DNA from: a virus
Lineage: Duplodnaviria; Caudoviricetes
Virus record (IMG/VR): IMGVR_UViG_3300021376_000078
Coordinates: 1 to 54,586 of that record
DNA length: 54,586 nt
Reading direction: 5' to 3' (one strand)
Under the pieces are notes generated by a model. The model ran no database searches. It was given only the letters and a program-made list of their open reading frames with translations, and was not told where the DNA came from. Of the stretch, positions 10,601 to 17,573 are shown piece after piece; position 1 is the first letter of the stretch; every line of letters starts with the position of its first letter. The translations under genes and the position numbers were made by a program.

Positions 10601-10802
10601 TTTTTGCATGAACGATGTCACCGGCAAGATATATTATTGTGTTAGGATTTTCTTTTACTTTACTTTCACAAATATCATAAAGTTTTTTGAACACACTTCT
10701 ATATTCATCGTGTCTTTTTAGATTACGAATGTGAACATCAGCAATATGTAATATGGTATCAACACGGGAAAGTCCGCCTGACCACAATGTTTCTTTAAGC
10801 AT
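7623..10802 (-). CDS. Fused Mre11/SbcD nuclease and Rad50/SbcC ATPase (T4 gp47+gp46-like)
   Basis: N-terminal metallophosphoesterase motifs DVH, GDIVH, GNHD, GDIH, YAGS; Walker A APNASGKSS; Q-loop SLQG; coiled coil with CEFC zinc hook; signature LSSGME; Walker B IAIDEG; H-loop ISH. Confidence 0.93.
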   Translation of the reverse strand: MLKETLWSGGLSRVDTILHIADVHIRNLKRHDEYRSVFKKLYDICESKVKENPNTIIYLAGDIVHAKTDMTPELVNMVTEFLDTLSRIAPTILIAGNHDCNLNNMSRMDALSPIVSMINGEMNELFYLKQTGVYSLENVDFFLNSVYENPKDFILANDVQSDRAKIVLYHGPVDRAATDAGVLMKHNDVKIEMFDGFDYGMFGDIHKFQYLDVDGKFAYAGSLIQQNYGEGLVHGIIEWDIKNKKSKFIEIENDWSYHTIDVENGKIKKLPTKWTKYNSIRLRISNTQHSEVNQIMTELKSLTNVIDIRTQHLVGSSNGNVQTKVNPIGKIRDVEYQNKLITNYVNDKFSVTDDILEKIRGINRNVNTKLSESDVVRNLIWKPISFEFENMFSYGKGNRIQLDGMNGIYGLFAPNASGKSSILDAIMFCLFDKCSRTFKAAQVLNNKKDNFQCKLHFMIGEKNFYIKRVATKEKKGNVKVNVDFWYEENGDLVSLNGEDRDGTNYAIRKYIGTYDDFVLTAMSLQGNNTNFVDKAQKDRKDLLAQFFDLNLFEELNSIATDEVKGLQALVKEFKKQDHSTKLADAIGIHKANTILLEETTDQKGYIEKKIEKLTVFISELNKKLIPIADNFSSKSVQSLLDKRYLLDRKSNDLINEIKSLEDELGDAKTSHEKYIGLSKEFDKETLMEKKERIDIVRNRITELEADLRSVKLKVQHCQDKIDNLKDHEYDPNCEFCVNNVFVKDAERAKSQIWGFEQDRDELNFELRNLNEEFTKNSPVYSELEKLHSLENSAFKYEKQIYSVEKQIFSAKEEQKRIHDEIGNIDIQIEKYKENEDAINQNNKIQSEIDELETEKNTLLKVELKKIDESILEYNGNVKVSEKVIDECEVSIQKLKDLEKEYEAYDYYLKAVNRNGVPYELISNALPSIQEETNNILANVVDFQVLFDTDGKSINTYIVYDDDRFWNLELSSGMEKFISSLAIRTALIQVSSLPRPNFIAIDEGLGVLDPTVMANFSLFMEYLKTQFEFVILISHIDSVRDMVDNHIEIKKENGFSKIET

Positions 10803-11754
10803 ATAATATCCTTTGTTTAATTATATCATAACTGTCTGTTGGTGGTGTAACTGATTTCAAACTTGAAAAATCCTTGAAACCCATTTCATTTATATCTTTA
10901 CTTTGCATTTGAACTATTGAAACATTTATACCTTCTGATAGAAGCGATGAAGATATTTTTATGGCATCCGAATAAGCATCATTATCAAGTGCAACAATTA
11001 TTTTTGGTGGTTTGCGAAGTAAAATTCTTTCTCGAAGTTTTGGTTGAATAATTTTGCCGAAGAGTGGAACTGCATTATATCGTGCAGTAATTGCATCGAA
11101 TACACCTTCAACAAGTGTAACCGGTTCATCCCAATCAATAAAACAATCAAATCCAATAACATCTTTACTCCATTTTGGATTTTTATATTTTAATGTGTCT
11201 TCTTCAAAAATAGAACGAGAAACAAAAAAGTTTAGATTGAAGTTTTCATCATAAGATGGAACAATAATTCTGCCAGAATAATTACCATTAGGACAATAAC
11301 CAATCCCATAACGCAATATATCCGTTCTACCAATTCCTCTTGATTTCAAATAATTTAATGCTTGTTTCATTTGCATTTTTACTTGAATGTCTTTTATCTT
11401 TGGGTATTCGTATAAACGGATAAATTCTTTTGGTAAAACCAATTCTTCTTTTGTTTCGGATTTATCTTTAATGTATAGATTTTTTGTTTTGAGTATTTTA
11501 TTTAAGTCATCTAGGTATTGTTTACCTGCTTTTACTTTTTTGAATAGTGAAACTATACTTCTACCTTTAGCATTACTAACCCAACAATGCCATGGATTTT
11601 CACCGTTATTGTTTACAGTTAAATCAATTTCAAGTTTTGGTTTGTAATGACTGATGAAAGGTGAAAAGAATGAATAATTGTTGCCAGATGTTCTTCTACC
11701 TTTACCAAGAACTTTCTCAACAAGAGATAACAAATCGTAATTTATCATAACCAC
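10795..11754 (-). CDS. DNA primase (DnaG-type, TOPRIM)
   Basis: YLKSRGI, GRIIVP, KYKNP, LVEGVFDAI, ALDNDA and KDINE motifs. Confidence 0.9.
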   Translation of the reverse strand: MVMINYDLLSLVEKVLGKGRRTSGNNYSFFSPFISHYKPKLEIDLTVNNNGENPWHCWVSNAKGRSIVSLFKKVKAGKQYLDDLNKILKTKNLYIKDKSETKEELVLPKEFIRLYEYPKIKDIQVKMQMKQALNYLKSRGIGRTDILRYGIGYCPNGNYSGRIIVPSYDENFNLNFFVSRSIFEEDTLKYKNPKWSKDVIGFDCFIDWDEPVTLVEGVFDAITARYNAVPLFGKIIQPKLRERILLRKPPKIIVALDNDAYSDAIKISSSLLSEGINVSIVQMQSKDINEMGFKDFSSLKSVTPPTDSYDIIKQRILYA

Positions 11755-11779
11755 ACTTTACGGAAAATAATACTTGTAA

Positions 11780-11814
11780 CAAATATAAGAAAAATTTGTT
11801 ACAATTACAAGCAT
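11780..11814 (-). promoter_or_regulatory. Bacteroidota-type promoter for primase (ATGCTTG...TATATTTG)
   Basis: Matches the TAnnTTTG -7 consensus, with the same 27-nt offset between elements as other copies in this window. Confidence 0.7.
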
Positions 11815-11960
11815 TCTTTTAACCATTCTTCTGCCAACCGCTCCGTGAAAGGTTCCACCGTATTTCTTTCATACTCCCGTATTTTATTCCAATATTCATT
11901 GCTGAATGATGTAATTTTGTTGATAGCATTCGGAAGATTTTGGTCTATGGTTAGCTCCAT
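11805..11960 (-). CDS. 51-aa ORF or remnant ending in the duplicated EEWLKECL C-terminus
   Basis: Manual translation MELTIDQNLP...LAEEWLKECL; in frame with the upstream 99-aa ORF after a single TAA. Confidence 0.4.
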   Translation of the reverse strand: MELTIDQNLPNAINKITSFSNEYWNKIREYERNTVEPFTERLAEEWLKECL

Positions 11961-11978
11961 GGCTTCTTTAAGAAGATT

Positions 11979-12278
11979 TTACTTTTTCATTTTACGTTGA
12001 ACTATTGCATCTTGAAGTTCGTATTGTAAACTCATTACTAACCACCCTGTATCGTCTGAAATAGCGTCTGCAATTTCATCTTCGTCATCAACTTGATACG
12101 TTTTACCTATTACAGAAGCAACAAATTTTTTCTGTTCTGCTGGAGATACATCCCCATAATCGTCATCTGATTCAAAATCAAATTCAACAGCTGTAATTTT
12201 CGCATTGATTTTACCACTGGCTTCATTGATGTTTTCCTTCAAAAGACCAGCAAGTTTTTGCATTCTTTGTTTATTCAT
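11979..12278 (-). CDS. Hypothetical acidic protein, possible internal head protein
   Basis: 99 aa; GGAG upstream; leader MNKQRMQKLAGLLKENINE; preceded by ATATTTAT. Confidence 0.7.
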   Translation of the reverse strand: MNKQRMQKLAGLLKENINEASGKINAKITAVEFDFESDDDYGDVSPAEQKKFVASVIGKTYQVDDEDEIADAISDDTGWLVMSLQYELQDAIVQRKMKK

Positions 12279-12337
12279 TCATAATCTCCAAAAAAAATAC
12301 TTGGTATAGCAATAAATATAAGAAAAATTTGTTACAA

Positions 12338-12745
12338 TTACAAACATTCTTTCAACCATTCCTCTGGTATTTCTTTTTTTGCCCAATGCCACCCTTTCTT
12401 ATCACAGTATTGAGCATAGGTTGTTTTACTTCCTTTGTATAATTTTGCATTTGGATTTTGGAATACAAAACGAATGTCTATTTCTGGATATTGATCGAAT
12501 ATCAAATCAAATTTTAATCTGTCTGTTTTTACCCATCTACCCTTTGTTTCAATATACATTTTGTTGCCATCCGTTTTGTTTAGGACAAAATCTGGCGTAT
12601 AATTGTGTTTAGTTTCCGGTTGGATGTAGGATATTTTTTCACTTTCGTAGGAGAATGATTTACCATTTTCTTTAAGCATATCATTTACTATATCTTCTAA
12701 CCCACTACGAAATCCATGTTTTATTGCAACTTGATTTCTACGCAT
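12338..12745 (-). CDS. T7 endonuclease I-like Holliday junction resolvase
   Basis: GFRSGLE, YTPDF, IETKG, DIRFVF and TTYAQYCDKKG motifs. Confidence 0.9.
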   Translation of the reverse strand: MRRNQVAIKHGFRSGLEDIVNDMLKENGKSFSYESEKISYIQPETKHNYTPDFVLNKTDGNKMYIETKGRWVKTDRLKFDLIFDQYPEIDIRFVFQNPNAKLYKGSKTTYAQYCDKKGWHWAKKEIPEEWLKECL

Positions 12746-14619
12746 TAAATATCAAACCTTACAATAAAATTCATATCTACATCATCTCGTTTTGCTGTTG
12801 GATTTGCTAACTTTGCAATAGCAACTAATTCTTGATTATCATTATACAAACCAATTGTTGTTACATAAGGATTAAAATATGAACCAGTTACATAATCTTC
12901 TATTAAATGTGAATCACTATCTTTATCTTTTCGTATACTTGGATTTTGTGTAAAATTAAATTCATGTCTACGAATTTTACAAATAATTTCATGTTCATAA
13001 AATGTTACTTGTGATTTAAACTTACCTTCAAATCCATAATCTGTTGTATGATAATCAAAATTACCGTTTCTTCCAAGCAAAGCATTATTATATTTTGGTC
13101 TTGGATCAGCTATCGTTATTATACCTTCATTGTAAAACACATTACCAACACGTCTTGATTGATATGCATAACCATATTGATAATCATTATCATATAAATT
13201 TGCAATGTCATTTGAATTTAAAAATTTATTGTAAATTCTTACTTCATCCAAAACTCCGTGATAAGATGAAATATCTGTTCCATTTCCTGCAATATAAAAA
13301 TTACTATCATTTCTTGTTCCAGAAAGTGTTGGCAAATCTTGACTAATATCAAGATTTCCGTCTACCCATATTTGTAAACAACTTGCGGATTTTTGACAAA
13401 CAATATGATGCCAAGTTTGTGTAGATAATGCACTTGAACTAACTTCATTTATTCTATTTATTGATTTTTGTTTAAATAGTATTTTGTTTGGTTCTTCATG
13501 TGTATAATTTGTTAATGTTATATCAAATGGATATTGATTAATTGATTTTTTAGTTTCAACCGTTTCTATTTTATTTTTTACATTAACACCATCAACAGTA
13601 ATTTCAAATATATCAAAAGGATTATCTGATTTACTTCCTTGCACTAAATAATCTTTATATGTTACATAATTTTTTGTAAAAAGATTATTATATGTGTTTG
13701 TTGTATCTGATTGAGATACTGGAACATTTAACCAAAAACTAAATGCAAAATTTTCATTTCTTCCAAAATTAAATCTATTTTTTTCTTGAACATGAAAATA
13801 TGATCCGGTTAAATTTACAGAAATTCCAGAAGAGGCACTTACATCATTTAATGGTATTCCAGAGCTATATGATATTTTTTTAAAACTACTACTTACAATT
13901 TTTACATTATTTTCTCTAATAGAATAGTCAATTACATAGTCACTTCTTTTTTTACGAAAATCTCTTTCACGATATTTTTCGTTAAATCCAACATACAATA
14001 CTAAATTATTTTTGTCAATAATTTTTGTAGGATTAATAGATGTGTCTAATATATTACCATAACCATCATCTACTAATGTATAATTCAATGAAGACGTTGT
14101 TATATTAAAATGTTTTATTTCAATACTTTTTTTGTAAATACCTTCACCTATACATGATCTTGGTATAACAAGCATTGAACCGGACTCGGACAAAGATTTT
14201 TCTAAAGTATAATCCATAACATACGATGAAACTTTATCATTTTTATTATAGTCCGTATAGTAGTTATGATCTAAATAATACCATAATAATTTTGGATCTA
14301 AACTTTGAGATAAAAAAGGTCTTTGATATAATGATGATGAAATGTTTACAATGTTTCCAAAATACTTATGATTTTCTGGATATAAAAATCTATAAGGTTC
14401 AATTTTATTATTTGCATAATAATTTATACTGGAAGTATTTGTTGTAAATTCCCAAGTTTTTTTTACAGTAATAGGTCTAATTGTATAATCACCTGATTTT
14501 AGTCTTTTGAATACATAATTTGAACCGGCGCCATCAACCATAAATGGTTTATAGCCACTTCCAATTACAGGATTTAATGGAGGATTTTGGCGTTGGGGTG
14601 ATATATCAAGAGTTTCCAT
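12745..14619 (-). CDS. Virion structural protein with a LamG/ConA-like domain and the shared C-terminal module (paralogue 5)
   Basis: FAFSFW, WHHIV, IWVDG, GVLDEVRIYNKFL; C-terminal YVTTIGLYNDNQELVAIAKLANP. Confidence 0.75.
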   Translation of the reverse strand: METLDISPQRQNPPLNPVIGSGYKPFMVDGAGSNYVFKRLKSGDYTIRPITVKKTWEFTTNTSSINYYANNKIEPYRFLYPENHKYFGNIVNISSSLYQRPFLSQSLDPKLLWYYLDHNYYTDYNKNDKVSSYVMDYTLEKSLSESGSMLVIPRSCIGEGIYKKSIEIKHFNITTSSLNYTLVDDGYGNILDTSINPTKIIDKNNLVLYVGFNEKYRERDFRKKRSDYVIDYSIRENNVKIVSSSFKKISYSSGIPLNDVSASSGISVNLTGSYFHVQEKNRFNFGRNENFAFSFWLNVPVSQSDTTNTYNNLFTKNYVTYKDYLVQGSKSDNPFDIFEITVDGVNVKNKIETVETKKSINQYPFDITLTNYTHEEPNKILFKQKSINRINEVSSSALSTQTWHHIVCQKSASCLQIWVDGNLDISQDLPTLSGTRNDSNFYIAGNGTDISSYHGVLDEVRIYNKFLNSNDIANLYDNDYQYGYAYQSRRVGNVFYNEGIITIADPRPKYNNALLGRNGNFDYHTTDYGFEGKFKSQVTFYEHEIICKIRRHEFNFTQNPSIRKDKDSDSHLIEDYVTGSYFNPYVTTIGLYNDNQELVAIAKLANPTAKRDDVDMNFIVRFDI

Positions 14620-14622
14620 TTT

Positions 14623-17556
14623 TTAAATTAACCTAACTCTAACTTGAAAAATATATTCAGTATTTCTATCTTTTCTTAATGGTCTATGTGTGTTTCCAAC
14701 GGCAACCAAATCCCCATTTCTATTGTATAATCCAACAGATGTTATGTATGTAAATGGTGTAAGTATTTGAAAATTCTTTAAAGAACCACTATCATTTGTA
14801 TATGTATAATTATTTGTATAATTAAATTCATTACCTTGAACACGGCAAACATAAGTCTCTCTCATGTATTCTTCGGTAGACCTACCAAACCATGAACCAC
14901 TTGTTGTTCTCATTGGATTAGGAGAACATGAACCACTAATAGATAATAATAATTTTCTACTGTTATCACCATCAATTGATGCAGTAACAGTATTAAATGA
15001 ACATGATTGATCCATCATTGTTCCATCTAATACTATAACGCCATTTTTTGGAAAAACTATACCCCATGCTTCTTTGTTATTATCATCATATGCACCTTCT
15101 TGAATTGATCCTGATATTAAATAATAATGGTCTTGTATGTAATTTACAATACTTTCACTTTCATCAACATCATTACTATCATCAATTAGAGTATAGATTT
15201 GACCACTTGTATAATCTACTTGGAAGTTACTTCCCGTGTTTATTAATTGATTTGAACTTGATGAAAGTGGACAAAATGTAATTTGTATATTACCTGGATC
15301 AATTCTATCTTTAATATCGTCTCTATTAAATTCAATAACATAAATATAATCGGATGTTTTACCATCTTTAAACTTAAATTTACCTTCGGTTGTTCCCATA
15401 TATTCTAGCATATATTTTCGATAAATACTTTTTGATGGCAGAATGTCTATGTCATCTACAATATAACTTGATCCAGAACCATCGGTATGACCAAATGCTA
15501 AATCAAATCTATGGTATGCATTTGAGTTTGTTGGTGGTGTATCGTAAACGGGAATAAAATATTTTGAATGACTAACACTCGTAGAACCAGTATAAAATGT
15601 AGATATTTTTTCTCCACTACATCTAAACAATCCTCTTGTTTTTAATAGTTTTATTGATTTAAAATAATCATTTGCTTTTGATATTCCTTTAAAAATATAA
15701 GGAGGATCTGGAAACCAATCTTCTGCTATATCCAAATCAATAAATGGATCAGGTTGTACAATAGGTGGTTTTGACGAGTTTGTTCCAACATCATTGATTT
15801 GATCACCACCGTATCTAAATCCTTCAATTATACCAAATCTATCATAATCCGCCATAAACCCAATAGGAAAACCAACTATTGGCGGATAACCTCTAAATTT
15901 TGTAAAATCTATGTATCTTTTTAATAAATTTAATATCAGTATGTTTATTGTTTTCCAATCAACATCTAATTTTTCTAATCCCGTCAATGCATTTTCTATC
16001 AAAATAGACATTGCAGAATGTTCTTCATCGTTTGTTACAATTTCTATATTATTTCTTCTAAAATTTATATCCCATATTTGTGTAAACATTTGTGAAGAAA
16101 CGATATTATTTACTAATACTTGATCAGTTATGTTTGGTCTATTTCTATAAACTTGTCTTGAGGCCAATGCGGGTATAACAGTAAGTCTTAACCAACTTAA
16201 TAAATCTATTCTGTTTGCTGTACCGGTTGGATTTTCTTTTTGATAATCAAAATCAACCAACTGACCATAGGTTTGTATTGCATTTCTGTTGTCAATAAAT
16301 GTTGTTGGATCAAATGTATTTGCACCAGATGTTATTACGTCTAATGAAAATCTTTGATCAACTACTGATGGTCTTGTTGCACCTGCCGGTAAAATTGCCA
16401 AATTATATTTAAATTCTGTATCTATTACTGGCATAAATGGAACAGAATTTGGAGTTGCATTTGAGAAAAATTCAATTATATTATCAAGTATTTCGTCTTT
16501 TACTAAAAATACAAATCTTGCATGTATTTGACTTTTCCATAAATCTTCATAATATTCATCAACAACATCCTTGTAAGATCCATCTACATTTTTTGGCCAA
16601 CCAGAAAATAAAGGAACATGACTTAATGCCAATTCATTTGGATAATTTTCCTGTTCTATCCATAAACATTCTAAATCATACAAAAAATCTTTTGAAATTT
16701 TTGTTTCTTTTTCAAGAAATGATAAACTTTCTGCATTCAAAAAACCAATCTTATATGTAAAATTTTGATATTTTCTATCAGTACCATCTAATTTTAACTT
16801 TGGAGAAAATGGCATTAAATGATATATGTTTACAAGTTCTTGTGGTGGAGTGTTTTTTGCAATACCTGCATTGTATTGTTCTGACATTTGGTTTAATACA
16901 ATTTTTGTATCATCTGCATTTGCCGTTAGTATATTTTTTGACGAAGCAAAAAATACTTCAATGTTAGTGGGTACATTAACTGTTAATTTATCAAGTTTTC
17001 CATCTATTCGATTTACATTAAAAGTAAACGTTCTTGTGGTTGATAATGCAAACTGATTTGCAGTTCTGTGAATGTTTAATACTCTAACAGTTCTACCAAG
17101 CAAAACAAGATTATCACCATTTTTGATTGCACCAATATATCCAACATCCATAGCTTCAAATTCACTTGGAGTTGGTTTAGTTTGTGCTGCACTTAATGTC
17201 CATTGTCCAATAGTTGTACTTGCTATACCAGGACTAATTATCAATATCAATGACCTAAAATTTTCAAATAAAGGATTTTTTTTGTAAAGGTCATTCCATT
17301 CAGTTACATATGTGGGAATTGTTGATCTTAACCATTTTTCAAAAGGATCCTTTCCACCTTTTTTGATATAATTGTTGATATAATCTTTTACAGTAAGAGC
17401 AATTTTACTTATTAAAGTAAATTCATCTAATGCAAGAGGATTTGTAATTCTACCACTTATATTATTACCAGAAATCAATATACTGGTTGCTTCTTTATTA
17501 TTCAATGCAACTTTGTAGGCATTTACTATAATTTGTTGTTGAGAACTTAATGCCAT
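14623..17556 (-). CDS. Virion structural protein, paralogue 4, with a unique ~620-aa N-terminal extension
   Basis: C-terminal ~350 aa share AFGHxxGSGS, DPGN, LIDDS, FNYTNN and YITSVGLYN motifs with its neighbours. Confidence 0.7.
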   Translation of the reverse strand: MALSSQQQIIVNAYKVALNNKEATSILISGNNISGRITNPLALDEFTLISKIALTVKDYINNYIKKGGKDPFEKWLRSTIPTYVTEWNDLYKKNPLFENFRSLILIISPGIASTTIGQWTLSAAQTKPTPSEFEAMDVGYIGAIKNGDNLVLLGRTVRVLNIHRTANQFALSTTRTFTFNVNRIDGKLDKLTVNVPTNIEVFFASSKNILTANADDTKIVLNQMSEQYNAGIAKNTPPQELVNIYHLMPFSPKLKLDGTDRKYQNFTYKIGFLNAESLSFLEKETKISKDFLYDLECLWIEQENYPNELALSHVPLFSGWPKNVDGSYKDVVDEYYEDLWKSQIHARFVFLVKDEILDNIIEFFSNATPNSVPFMPVIDTEFKYNLAILPAGATRPSVVDQRFSLDVITSGANTFDPTTFIDNRNAIQTYGQLVDFDYQKENPTGTANRIDLLSWLRLTVIPALASRQVYRNRPNITDQVLVNNIVSSQMFTQIWDINFRRNNIEIVTNDEEHSAMSILIENALTGLEKLDVDWKTINILILNLLKRYIDFTKFRGYPPIVGFPIGFMADYDRFGIIEGFRYGGDQINDVGTNSSKPPIVQPDPFIDLDIAEDWFPDPPYIFKGISKANDYFKSIKLLKTRGLFRCSGEKISTFYTGSTSVSHSKYFIPVYDTPPTNSNAYHRFDLAFGHTDGSGSSYIVDDIDILPSKSIYRKYMLEYMGTTEGKFKFKDGKTSDYIYVIEFNRDDIKDRIDPGNIQITFCPLSSSSNQLINTGSNFQVDYTSGQIYTLIDDSNDVDESESIVNYIQDHYYLISGSIQEGAYDDNNKEAWGIVFPKNGVIVLDGTMMDQSCSFNTVTASIDGDNSRKLLLSISGSCSPNPMRTTSGSWFGRSTEEYMRETYVCRVQGNEFNYTNNYTYTNDSGSLKNFQILTPFTYITSVGLYNRNGDLVAVGNTHRPLRKDRNTEYIFQVRVRLI

Positions 17557-17573
17557 AACTTCACTTTATATTA

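Larger units (their letters stand above)
11781..12366. repeat. 53-bp direct repeat (11781-11833 and 12314-12366, 3 mismatches)
   Basis: AAATATAAGAAAAATTTGTTACAATTACAA identical in both copies; both encode EEWLKECL-stop on the minus strand. Confidence 0.92.

Noticed and set aside
7623-10802. Eukaryotic giant virus origin suggested by the Mre11-Rad50 fusion and collagen-like protein
   Set aside because: T4-like baseplate genes, SD motifs, bacterial promoters and operon coupling indicate a bacteriophage.
11781-12366. Diversity-generating retroelement template/variable repeat pair, or IS element
   Set aside because: Only 53 bp with three synonymous differences; no reverse transcriptase, transposase or terminal inverted repeats in the window.
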